Below, piece after piece: positions 33,408-45,679 of a stretch of DNA of 64,000 nucleotides; position 1 is the stretch's first letter; each line of letters begins with the position of its first letter. The notes below the pieces were generated by a model. The model had not been told where the DNA came from and did not search any database. It saw nothing but the letters and a program-made list of their open reading frames with translations. The stretch spans positions 264,709 to 328,708 of the forward strand of contig NIVC01000550.1 of NCBI GenBank assembly GCA_002269645.1, in the 5' to 3' direction. A program made the translations under genes and the position numbers. The stretch is from Macrostomum lignano. Lineage: Eukaryota.

Positions 33408-36400
33408 GCACCGTCGTTAGTTGCAGAATGAGCGGCAGCCGCGGTGGCCTCAGCCGTCGCAGGTGTCGTGGCAGCGGCCGACAGCATCGCAAGCTTTCTG
33501 CTGACGTCCTCCAGTTCTTCCTGGTTGCGCCTGACAGCGGCTGACAGCTGGCTGTAGCGGGCGCACAGCTGGGCGTAGAGCTCCGCCTGCTGCGGGCTGA
33601 GCGACTCGGCGGCGGACAGACCGACGTGCGCGGCTGCAGCTGCAGCGGCGGCGGCCGCGGCGGCAGCATTGTCGGCATCGTTGCTGGTGTCGTCGTCGTC
33701 CCAGATGCTGCCACCTTCCGCGGCGGAGTCTGTTGGCACCGCCGAAGACGAGGAGGCCGTCCGTGAGGCCTCAGGCGCAGCGGAAACCGCGGCAGCGGCA
33801 GCAACGGCAGAGCCAGTAGCGGCAGCGTCGGCGGCAGCGGCGCGGTGGTCGGCAGAGCCGTAGACGCAGGTGTAGGACTCAGGCCGGCCGCTCCACTGGG
33901 CATAGTTGGCGTGGGCGGACATGGACAGCCACAGCCAGTCGCCGCTGGGCAGAACGTGACGGCAGGCATGGCAGACGGCGAGGCCGTCGCGCTTCAGACG
34001 CTCGAGAAAGCCGGCAACCGTTTCCAGGTCGGCCGGGTGGCACAGGTCGAATCCGGAGCGGCCAATCAGGGCGCTGGAGCGCTGACCAATCACAAGCGAG
34101 CAGCGGGGATCCACTTCCGTGAAGCGCCAAGCCAGGCTAAGGCGGGCCTGTTGAAATGGAGAGCACAGCATCATCTTGGTTGACATTAAAGTGGAAGCCG
34201 GTGTCACATTGAGTGAAGTCGGGTGTCAGGCTGAGCTGAAGGGAGGGGGGTCAGCGGAGGCTGGGTCGGCGGAGGCGGGGTCAGCGGAGGCTGGGTCGGC
34301 AGAGGCGGGGTCAGCGGAGGCTGGGTCAGCGGAGGCGGGGTCAAGCTGAGCTCAAACCTGAAAAGTGGGTCCGGCAGGCAGCGACAGCTCGGCAGGCGGC
34401 TGGCAGTTGCCGGCGTAGCGGCGCACCACAGCGCCGATCGCGGGCCCCGTGGCCGGCTGGCAGCGCAGGAAGCCGACCAGCTCCACGGCGCAGTACTCCG
34501 GCCGGCGCTGCAGCTGTCCGAGAGACTCACCGGCCGCGGCCGGGTCGGGGGCCCGCTCCAGGGCGCAGCGGATCACGATCTGCGACTGGTCGGGGCTCTG
34601 GCTGCGCTTCAGGCACCAGGTGGCCACCTGGTCCCGCTCGGATGGGTGCACCAAAGAGTAGAACGACTCGCCTACGAGAGCCTGCGGCTCGTGGCCGAGG
34701 CAAGCGGAGACCTCCTCGCTGACAGACCGAATGGAGCCGGTGTCCACTGAGAACTGCACCAGGAAGCCGGAGTGGGACTGCGGGGATGGGCGATTCGCGG
34801 TGCTCTCAGGGGTTGAGGGTGTCTGTTCAAACAAAAGACGAGATCAACAGTCTAGTGCTGGCCTGCCATGCTTACCTGCAAATATAGGCCCAACAGTTCC
34901 GAATTGGTGAGAAACGGCGGCTTCACAGTTTCATCCAGGTCTCCAGTAGAGAAGCTGGTCTCTGCAATAGAAAACCATAACTGATCATTCATAACTGATT
35001 TAATTCAAAATTTATGTGAGCGCACCTGGAATCAAGCCTGGGCCGCTAACACATCAGAGATCACCCCACTAGACACTCATCAGATAAAATGCAAATTTCT
35101 GACTGAGAAACAATTAAACAAAAAATTGGACATCAAACCTGTTTTCACTTTTGACGAGCTAAATGGGAATTTGGACAATCAAAACGGAACCCCATAGACA
35201 TTCAAGCCAGGCCACAGATCACACCCTAGTCATGGACTCAAGCAGTTTAGCAATGTCTACTGAGGGAGGCTTGGCGATAGACTATAACTTAGAGTAGACA
35301 TTCAATATGAGAAAGACTGTTCAAAACGGGAATTTGCAAGGGAACAAACGCATTTCGAATCGCTGTTAACTTTCGACTCGATGGCAAAGTGGAATCCCTT
35401 TGTTGCGGTGGTCGGAAAAAGGACTGTGCAAGGCCGATCAGGAGATGAGAGAATTCTTAGTTGAGAAACTCGATGAAAATCTTTTCCTGACGCTCAAGGA
35501 AATGCCTGAACTGCTGACCGCCGACCGGTAACGCACACTTTGTTCACTTTTAAATATTCCAGTGGCCCTGAGATAAAAAAATACATTAATTTGGGCGAAT
35601 TCCCGTTTTGAATGGCTCTTACCGAGTTTGATTTGTCCGAATTCCCATTTAGATCGTCAAAAAGCGATACTGCAGTCAACTGACTGAAGGTTTACTTGTA
35701 TCTGTGTCAAGGAAGCCTCTATGTTCGCTTCGCGTGTACAAGTTTAAACTAAAAAATCCATGGAAATTCTTTTGAGTGTCGCTTCCTGGGGAGCTAAGCG
35801 AATATAGAGGCTTCCTTGATCTGTGCAAAGTCGCTCTCAGTCAAGGCTTTATAGCCATACATAGCAATTTGAAACGGCCAATTCTAAGCTCGCTTGCCTC
35901 TTAGTCAGAATTCGCGTGTTGTCTATGGCCCAACCTTTTTATTAGAGTGTTTATTACAGGCAAAAAACAATTGCCTGGTGATTTTAGTTTTTAATCTCAA
36001 TATGAATACGACCTCTTTGCAACGCACCAAATTGGACGCAGTGAAAACCAATTAGGAAGAAAGAAGGCACAGTAAATCTCTGTCAAGCACTCCACAAATT
36101 AGACAAACGCAAAATCCAAGCAGACTAACTAAACCTCCATATCTACAAAGCAGCGCCACCCACCGTCCGCATGCAGTCGCAGGAACTGCAGCGCGTCCTT
36201 GAGAATCTTGGCCTTGTCGTTGCGCTTATTCCTGCTGCCAATGAGGACGGCCAGCTCATTCACCAGGCCGTTAAACAGGTCCCTCCGTTTTTTCTCGTTT
36301 AGATTTCGACTGCGCCGCTTTGAGTCGCCGCCACCGCCGCTGAGCATGGCATCGCTAAGGTCGCTCTCGCCAGCCAGGGAGGCAGAGGCGGCAGAGCCGG

Positions 36401-36452
36401 AGGCGCTGACCGAGTGGCCGCTGCCGCCAAGGCGCAACGCGTAGTCAGACAT
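33383..36452 (-). CDS. Clock: CLOCK-type bHLH-PAS transcription factor, ~519 aa; exons 36452-36164, 34961-34876, 34777(or 34822)-34358, 34147-33383
   Basis: bHLH KRRSRNLNEKKRRDLFNGLVNEL; linker KPPFLTNSEL; PAS-A SGFLVQF...SVSEEV...LVGESFYSLVHP; PAS-B ARLSLAWRF...GRSGFDLCHPAD...WLWL...YAQWSGRPE; exon-19-like coiled coil QLSAAVRRNQEELEDVSRKL. All introns GT-AG and phase-compatible. Confidence 0.88.
34243..34343. repeat. 15/30-bp GC-rich tandem repeat in Clock intron 3
   Basis: GGGTCAGCGGAGGCT / GGGTCGGCGGAGGCG alternation. Confidence 0.9.
35135..35675. mobile_element. Degenerate MITE in Clock intron 1
   Basis: CTTTTTGACGAGCTAAATGGGAATT versus AATTCCCATTTAGATCGTCAAAAAG inverted arms; left arm interrupted by ~120 bp. 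Confidence 0.6.
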
Positions 36453-36999
36453 GCCAGCTGCCAGTTGGAGCGGAATTCGCCAATAGATTCACAGTTTCAG
36501 CTACACGCCACTTGCTACTTAGAGTAGGTATTTCAACTGATGCACTATCATCAATAATATAGCAAAGGGTTTTCTGATTTGCTAGTCTGCAAGCACTTAG
36601 TTGGGCACTTGAGTTGTGACATTTTTAGTATATAGGATATAACAATCAAATGTATACATGCATTTAATTTTTAGTATATTGGATGGATATTGTATGCTAT
36701 TTTCACTATGATTAGAGTATAATAGTTACTAAGGATTACAAACCCTTAGACTTTAAATTAAAGTCAGATTAGTATTGACAAAACTTGCATTCTATATTTA
36801 TTAAAAATAAACAATATGAAAATGTTGAAAAAGAGCATAGAAATTTGAAGAAAACAGGATTGTTAAAAATTTTGTCTATAGTAGCACCGATTGAACTTTA
36901 AAGTGCAGATAGCAAACAACGCATTAACCAAGAGTGCATAGCCAAGTTACCCAGCTTCAAATTTGGGCTAAGATTTGAAATGCTATGTATGATCACCCT

Positions 37000-37146
37000 C
37001 ATACATGCACAACCTTGGAAATCACCCAGCCATTTCTATTGGCAACATACACATGTAAGTTGCTATTGGCTGAGAGCAGTCATGTCAATTTCTATTCTAT
37101 TCCAATAGAAATAGCTGGGTGAATCCCTAGGTTGTACTCAAGCATG
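37000..37146. mobile_element. 147-bp hairpin MITE, CAT...ATG ends, exact 8-bp TSD
   Basis: TSD ATCACCCT at 36992-36999 and 37147-37154; inverted homolog of 49608-49779. Confidence 0.8.
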
Positions 37147-38729
37147 ATCACCCTTGTACATATATATTAATATGAATAAAATCAAGCTATTCAATGTAAC
37201 TTTTATAATGATCTAATTTGCTAGTGATCTAGGCCTAGAAAAGTAAAAAAAAACTTTTTTTAATACTTCACCTGAGTCAAAGTGAGCTTGTCAAAAGTCA
37301 AAAGTTTTAGGTTTTCTTATGCTTCTGTCTCTTTCTCTTTGACAATGTCATCAATTGTCTGTGCTTCTAATCAATTAATGAAACAAAAGCTGAAGATTTG
37401 TTATTTTTATTTTTAATTTTCAAAGCAGATGTTTATTTCTAATTCACTGATATTTTCAGTTTTCAAAAAGATAATAAACACCAAATTGTTTTAGGCAATT
37501 CACAAAAATGAAAAAGGGCTACTTATCTCTACTAATATAATTTGATCTTGATATCTTTAGATGGTCTTTTCATTAGATTAGAATATTGGAGTCTAGGCTT
37601 GATTCAAAGGAATATGCTTCTTTGTTAGTTTTTAGAGTCTATGTGATATTAGATAACTCTAAATATTCCCTGGGTTAGATGGAATTCAGATGGGAAAAAA
37701 GAGCAAAGTAGGAGTAAAAGAGCAACAAGAGTATGAGCAAAAGGGGGCAAAAAGAGGGGTAGCAAAAGGTAGTTAAGAACTAAATGAAGGCAAAAGAAGA
37801 TGGGAGCTGAATTCTCATTGAATACTAGTATATATATTTTTGTAATATTTTCAAATAGTAAATTTTTGCCAAACTCTCACTTTCCCCCAAAATTTCTATC
37901 TATAAAAAAATCAATTGTTGCAAAATAATTTCACTTAAAAATTGGTTATACTCAAAGAATATTGAGCACTCTATATAGAATGCCAACTGCTAAAGGAATG
38001 CATAGACAAAAGTGAAGCCAATTTCACTGCACAGCCAGTCACTTCCCTTTTGGCCATAGCCAAATATTTTCCTTAAAAATCTGCTAATTGATATAACATA
38101 TTAATTGATGTTTCACTAATGGACTTGTTAATAGCAAATACATATGCAACAATTCTCTCAATAATCTATTTTGAGCTTAGTAATTTGCCATTGCTTCTGG
38201 CAATTATTCATCAGATTACCATCTCTAGCCCAAAGGCAAGTGACCAGATAAAAATATCACTCACAAAAATCAGCTTCACTTTCTTGTCACTTGTTGGCAT
38301 TCTATGTATAGTGCTCAATATTCTCTGGTTATACTTATATAGTGATTTTATAATATTAGCCCTTTAAAACAAGTTCTAAGTGCTAAAAAACTATGTTTCT
38401 ATCTATAGGTAAGAGTTATAACTTTATTTTAGCTTAAAGTGTTGTAAAAAAGGCAAAAAACAATTATTATACAATTCTAAAGTTTCTTTACAAAATAAAC
38501 TTGTTATTTATTTACTAGGCCTATTTATTGCAATTTGTTATTTACTCATGATATTGACAGATAGGCTTAAGGCTTGTTCACACCATTGTCAAACAAAGCC
38601 AATTTTTGAGTGATCACACAAAATTTGAATTGATGATTAACAAATATTTGGCAATCACCTTAGTTTTTCACCATCAACTCATTTTTTACAAGTGATTAGA
38701 AGTGTTTACACTATTCAGTTTACACTATA

Positions 38730-41351
38730 CAGGTCGGAATGCTCGCCTGTTCTGCGCGTACGCGCCCCCTGCCACACGCCCTGACGAGGCTCAAGAGTTT
38801 TTCGAGCAGCTCTCAGTGCAGGTAGAGGCGACGGCGCAGCGTGACACAGCGGTCGCCCTCGGAGACCTGAACGCAGTCCTGCGTAGGTCCGAGAGGTCGC
38901 TGTTCGTGACGCCACGCGGGAACAACAACACCGAGGCACTGGAGGACTTCCTGGAGAGGCAGGACATGGTGTCGGCCAACACCCGCTTCCGCAAGCCACT
39001 GAGCGGTCTCGCAACCTTCGTGGGCTGCAAGCGGAGGCGACGGAACGCGCGTGGCAGGAACGCAACCCGGAGACAAGCACAGCTCGACCACGTGCTCGTG
39101 CGTTTCCGTGAGCGTCGTCGCGCCGTCAACTGCCGCACCATCACGCCGCTGGCTCTGCGGTCCGATCACCGGCTCCTCATCTGCGACCTCAACCTTCGCG
39201 ATCCGCTCTACCGTCCGCCGAAGCGGCCACCGCGGCGCTACTACGCGCGCTCAGAGCCACCGATACGCAGCGTCGCTTTGCTAGCGCCTTTAACACCGCG
39301 CTGGGCGACAAGCGTGGAAGTGCGGAGTATGCGGAAGTGTGCGCTGCAGTCAGAACCGCCGCGGAGCAAGCAGTCCCGATGATGCAGCCGGCTCAACGTG
39401 GGCAGCCGGTCTGGCAGGACGACCCCGCGATTCAGGCAGCGAGGGAAGATCTGGAGAAGCTCCGCTTGAGCAGGCGACCAACCCGCGAGGCAGAGGCAGC
39501 TCTGGCAGCTGTCTACCTGCAGCGCCAACAAGCGGCTGTCGATGACGCCATTCAGGCTGTCTCTGCCGCTGGGCCCGATGCCAGAGGGCGCGTGGCCTGG
39601 TCCGCCATCAACGCTCTGACGGGACGAAAGCGGCGCAATCCGCTGAACCTGGCTGGTGACACGCCGGACGAGCGTAGGAACGAGCTGCGCGAGTTCTTCG
39701 CCGCCATCGTCAACGCGCCGCCACCCCCGCTGCCAGACAGTCTGACGCTGCCGCCGGAGACGCCGCTGCCGGCAGAGGAGAGTTTCAGCGTAGCCCCAGT
39801 CAACGCAGCCGACGTTGTCAAGCTCGCCCAGCAGTCACCGGGCGGGAAAGCGCTGGGTCCGGACGAGGTGCCCATCGAGGCGCTGCGCATCCCCTGTGTG
39901 GCCGCTGAGGTCGCCAGAGTGATGAACCGCGTGCTCTTCGGTGAGGCGGCGCCCAACGAATGGACCACGGCGCACATCGTCGCTGTTCCAAAGAAGCCGG
40001 GCACCACTAGGCTTGAAGACCATCGAGGCATCTGCCTTCAGTCCTGTGCAGCGAAGCTGTTCAACCGGATGCTGCTTTCGCGGTTGCAGCCCGTGCTGGA
40101 TCCGTACCTGCGCCCAGAGCAGAACGGGTTCCGGCCCCATCGCGGCACAGTGGCGCAGATCCTGGCTCTTCGCCGAGTCATCGAGGAGGCGCGGATTCGT
40201 CAGTCGATACTGATTTTAATCTTTATTGATTTCAAGAAGGCATTCGACTCGGTTGTCAGAGCCGTGCTTCCAATGGTGCTCCGCGCGTACAACGTGCCTG
40301 AGCAGCTGATCTCCGCCGTCATGGCGATGTACCGTGATACGACAGCTGCTGTGACAACACCGGACGGCCTATCGGACTCCTTTGAGACATCCTCCGGAGT
40401 GCTTCAGGGAGATACGCTGGCGCCGTTTCTGTTCGTCCTGGTGCTTGACTGGGTGCTGCGGACTGCTCTTCCTACCGACGACGACGGTTTTCTGCTGCAG
40501 CGACGCGTGGGTCGACGTCAACCGGAGAAGCGGCTCAGCGTGCTTGGCTACGCCGACGACCTCGCCCTGCTGTCCTCGACCGTCGAGGGCGCCCAACGGC
40601 AGCTGGACAGGCTGGTTGCCGTTGCGGCGAGTGTCGGCCTGGTGGTCAACACGCAGAAGACCGTTGTGCTCTGCGTGCCGGACGACATCGAGGCTGCAAT
40701 ATTTTGCCGAGGCGCTGACGGGCAGGCGACCGAACTCCCGCGATGTCAGCAGTTCGTCTACCTCGGCGGTCTGGTTCCAGACGCTCGCGAGGACCTGCGA
40801 CGCCGCCGCGGGCTTGCCTGGGCTGCCTTTCGTTCTGTGAGGGCAGTCCTGCAGTCCGAGGCCCTACCGGACCGCCAGAGGGCGGCGCTGTTCCAGGCGG
40901 TAATCGAGACCGTCCTGCTGTACAACGCCGAGACCTGGACGCTGACGGACTCACTCGAACAGCAAGTCGATGCGGCGCACGCTGGTCTGCTGCGCGCCGC
41001 CTTCAACATCGGCGTCGAGCGAGTCACCAACGCGGCACTCTATCGCCGCGCTGGCCTGCCACGTCCAAGTGATCTACTGCGCCGTCGGCGACTCCAGCTC
41101 GCAGGCCATCTCATCCGCGCCGAGTCGTACTGCCCACAGCCGGTGCAGGAGGTGCTGCTGCTCACGCTGCAGGCACCCTACCGGCGAGGTCAAGCGCGAA
41201 CTCGGCGTTATGTCGACTGTCTGCTGGCTGACGCCGGCGCCCCGGACACTGCCGGTGGCGCGGCCTTTGTTTGCGCCCAAGCCATGAAGCGCGCCCTGTG
41301 ACGCTGACTTTTACCATCATGACAGCGTATTTTGTTGTTGTTGTTGTTGTT
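38730..41351 (+). mobile_element. 5'-truncated RTE-like non-LTR retrotransposon (partial AP endonuclease plus RT)
   Basis: ALGDLNA, QLDHVLV and RSDHRLL (EN; one frameshift near 39250); ORF 39337-41301 with QNGFRPHRGT, FIDFKKAFDSV, GVLQGDTLAPFLF, YADDLALL; (TTG)n tail; TSD ACACTATA at 38722-38729 and 41352-41359. Confidence 0.95.
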
Positions 41352-41754
41352 ACACTATAATCAACTAACTGATACTGAGCAGAATGACTAGATAGGGTTT
41401 TGAGGAGGGTGATGCAAGTTTTCATATTAGTTACATAAGCAATACTGTGCGCACATATCTCTAGCTGAGCCTAAATCATATATATTTTAGCAGGTTTGCA
41501 AAAAATGTTTTGTGCTTTGAATTAAATACTAGTATATAGTCTATATTATATAAAGGCCAACACATTTATTGATATAATTGGCCCAAGCTAACAATAAAAA
41601 CCTAATATATTACACTTTTTCTAGTATTTTGATGCTAAAGGTGCTAAAGGTTTAAGGTTATATAAAATAGTATTTTCTTGCACCTTGTTTACTAGGGGTT
41701 GCAACAGCAACCAATAGGCATACTGATTTTCACACTTGCTCATTTTGCTTATGT

Positions 41755-42475
41755 CAGGGGTCAGCAAACTTTTACCACAAAGGCCAGATAGAGAACCTAT
41801 AAAGCATGACTACAGTTAGGAGGAAAAATAAGATGAGGGACTAAAAAGAAAGGAGATAAGGGAAAGGAGAGGTAAAGGAATGAAGGAGCAAAGAGGAGAT
41901 AAGAGAAGATGAGATATGAATTAGGTTAGAAACATACATGCGCAACCTCCAAAATTCGGTCAGCCATGCGACTTAGATTTAACAAAAATATGACGTAGTT
42001 TTTGGCCAAAAATGCGACTTACATGTAAAAAAACCCTAAAGCAAAATTAACACAACTTTGGGTAAATGGCAGGAATAACTATAACTGCCTTATTAAGCCA
42101 AAATGCCTTATCAGCTACTTAGTAATACTTCTTGGTTATTTTTTTGGGATGGCATTTTTGCGACTTCCTTGGTTGGCTGCCAAATTGGTTGGCTGGATCG
42201 GCCAACTCGGCCGACTGTTGCGCATGTATGGTTAGAAAAGTAGAAAAGAGGAGAGAAGGGAAAATGAAAAGAGAGGAGAGGAAAGACAAAGGAGAATAAA
42301 GAGAAAGAGAAAAGAAAAAAGGGACAAAAGAAAAGAAGAAAAAAGGAGAGAAGAGCAATGAAAAGAGAAACATAAAGGGTCAAATTACAATTGTGCAATT
42401 TCAAAGGACTGCAAAGACTAGATTAAGGCTCTGTAGGCTGCATATGGCCTGTGGGCCAGAGTTTACCAACCCTTG
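41755..42475. mobile_element. hAT-type MITE, 721 bp
   Basis: CAGGGGTCAGCAAACT...AGTTTACCAACCCTTG; flanks GCTTATGT / GCTCATGT (7 of 8 match); purine-rich low-complexity interior. Confidence 0.8.
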
Positions 42476-43189
42476 GCTCATGTGATAGAAAAAAAAAATA
42501 TTTAATAACCTGACTAGTGTGATGACTAATTAATTTTGAAGCAACAGTTAGACTAGACAGAATTATTGAAATACAAAGTCAACTCCTCTATTGGAGGAGA
42601 AGGCGTTAGAACTCTCATTGCCAGAATTCCATTTCCTGAAATCTGTCAGCTGAATCTCATGACCAGAATCCTATCTTCCAAATTGTTTCTACAAAACAGA
42701 AATCCTTTCTATGAAACAAAACTTCATCAAATTCTCTTTATGAAAATGAATTCTATTAAAATTCTCTCTGTTAAACAACATCTAACAATATATCATCTTT
42801 GCTAATCAATACTAATAAATTGAAATCAAAATCACTTGTTAGGGTTAGAGATACACAGAGCCACTTATTAAAACAAAAGGCACCAATACTAAAAAAATTT
42901 AACCAATTGAACCAATTGATGGCATAATCTATTTCTCTTTCAGTCAGTATCAGTCTTAGTAAAAGTTAACAAAATGGTTATGCAATCTAAATTAACCCTT
43001 TAATACACAGCAACTGACCCCTTCTAATACACAGCGGCAATTAGAAGTTTAACCCCTCCCCCCATATTTATCTATTACATCTTGCAAAAATGACTAGCAA
43101 TCAGTGCCCCTTGTTGGGGAGCCAAAAAATGCAATACAAGTTTCTTTAATAAACTACACATAGCATCTCTTTGCAATATACCTTAGCAG

Positions 43190-44100
43190 TCCCTTGTAAG
43201 CCTTGACATCTTAGCAATTCCCCCATAAGCCTTAACATATCAACTCCCCCCTTGACATCTTAGCAATGCCTTGAACTCTTAAAAAATCTCTCAACCATAT
43301 AACCCTAACCCTAACGCTAAATCATTGCCATTTTGGTAATTCTTCCAAAGATTTATTATAGCATGACAGCATTTTAGTGACTCCCAAATGAATCTTTTAA
43401 CTTTGACATGACTCTTCTTTTATTTTTTACATTACACTTTTTCTATCAGTGACCTATCCTACAAGGAGCCAACAAATAAAGGAATAAAAATTGAATAAAC
43501 TACATATAGCTTCTGACTTTAGCCTTGACATCTCAGTTATTCTCCCATGAGCCTTGACATCTTAGCTATTCCCCTGCGAGCTATTATTTTTTTAAAATAA
43601 TGCTTATATCTTTATTACGAGTACATTATGCTTCTTCTATCAGTGCCCCCATGGCAAGCCAACAAAGAATGTAATAAAAAATTGAACAAACTACATGTAG
43701 CTTCTGACTTTAGCCTTGACATCTTAGTTATTCTCCCTATAAGCTTTTATATCATAGTAATTCTTCCCAAGAATCATAGCACACAGTTTTATGTGACATT
43801 TTTTATATGATGCTTTGTTTATGTCTGATATGATGCTTCTTATGTGAAGGCTTTATTCTACTTTTGAATAAACTACCTGTTTAAACTAAACTACAGCTTT
43901 TCTTTGTAATAACCTCAGCAATCCCTTATGAGCCTTGACATCTTAACAATGCCCCCAATAAACCTTGAAATCTAAATAATCCCCTGTCAACCTTAAAACA
44001 TCTAACCTTAACCCTAAACCTAAACCTGACCTAAATCTAACCTTAACCCTAACCCTAAAGCCTTGACATCTTAGCAATTCTTCTCTCCTAAGCCTCGATA
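43190..44100. repeat. Degenerate dispersed/tandem repeat region
   Basis: AGCCTTGACATCTT(A)GC recurs about 6 times, with short AACCCTAA runs. Confidence 0.5.
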
Positions 44101-44329
44101 TTTTAGTGACTCTTCCCCAAGAATCATGTGCAGCATTACAATGGATGCTTATTAAGTTCCTAGAAAATGTAGCCTAAAAATGCACCAATTAAATGAAACT
44201 TTACCAGCAGTTAGGGTTGGATGTTCTGTTTGCTTGTAAAATTTCAGCTTAATTGGTTGCAATGATTTGTTGCAGTGGCCAAAGGTTGGCTAAAAAAGTG
44301 CCAATCTTGCCATAGCTGACTGACTGCGA

Positions 44330-45050
44330 CAGGCGAGTGGCAATCCTGTTACAGTTTTGGCTAGGTAGCTATGCGGCCACCTGCTTTCAGGTGCTGCATG
44401 AGGCTCTTTAGGAACAAGTGCCATCCTAGTTGATAGTATATGAGTGGTTTGCGCACTTCTACTGTGGCTTGGCCACTCTAGACAACGATCCTCGCAAGGG
44501 GCAGCCAAGTTTGGCAGTGTCTGACAGAGTCATTGCTACTATTCAATGCCATGTGGAAAAAGATTGGCAAGTTTCAATTTGCTGGTTAGAGTAGCTCATT
44601 GGGATGTGGGATTCCACCATCATTAAGATCCTGCACCAGTACCTTGGCATAAGGAAGCTATCCACTCACTAGGTATCCCACCAGCTCAGAGCTGACCAGA
44701 TGCGAGCCAGAGTTGAGTTTGCCAAACTCATGGTGGCCAGGTTTAACAGAGGCCACTCAAAGTTGGTGGATAACATCCTCACTGGCAATGAAATCTGGGT
44801 TTACTTGTATGACCCAGAGACCAAAGAGCAGAGTTGGCAGTGGGTCACCAATGAGGAAGATGCTCCTCTCAAATTTGGTCACAAGTGCAGCATCGGAAAA
44901 GTGATAGTGGCCATTTTCTTCCAACGCAGTGGCATCCTGCTACCAGTGCTGCTACAGCAAGCCACAAGGTGCCACAGTGATGGCAGAATGATATAGCACT
45001 GTCCGCTTGCCTTAGGTTCTGCAGGCACTTTCATAGCAGCAGCCAAAAAT
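44330..45050 (+). pseudogene. mariner (DD34D-type) transposase relic
   Basis: ILHQYLGIRKLSTH*VSHQL and ILTGNEIWVYLYDPETKEQSWQW...GKVIVAIFF; stops and frameshifts. Confidence 0.85.
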
Positions 45051-45679
45051 GCTTGACAAAGGCATCTTCTTCTATCAGTAATAGAAAAATAGTCATTCAT
45101 AGCTCAATAGCAATGTTCTAATTTTATACTAATATATATATATTTACATACCTAGTAGCGTAGGCCCTACCTTATTCTTATAATTCCTCCAAAATAAATA
45201 GGGCCTAATGACTAATGTATATCATTAAATAAACAATAAATACATATAGAATTGCTTAGCCTAAGCTGGGCTAGAACTTTTGGACTGTTGCCAATTCATA
45301 AACTCTAAGCTAAACTATTTAAAACTATAAAAGTATAGTTGTTTTATTATTTTTAGCAGGTTTTTAGTCTATTTCACTTTAGGCCCTACTTCTTTTTTCA
45401 ATGATACATAAAGCAATGGCAATTAACTAGGCTACACTGAGTTGCCTTTCTGACTGTCTCCTTTTTGATCTGTCACTTTCCCCTTGCCCTTTACCTGTAC
45501 TGCTATAGGCTACCCTTCCTTGGCTTATATCATATGGCTATAAGATAAAAGATAGGTCCTTTTGCTATTAGGCCTAATATTAAGCCCTAGTTTAGCACAA
45601 ATTCTCACATAACCTAATCACAAAATTTTCTATTTTCTCATTTTAGACAATAAATAGTAACACCCCTAGGGCCTATCAT

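Noticed and set aside
43300-44060. Interstitial telomere (CCCTAA runs)
   Set aside because: Only 2-3 imperfect units at a time, embedded in a degenerate dispersed repeat.
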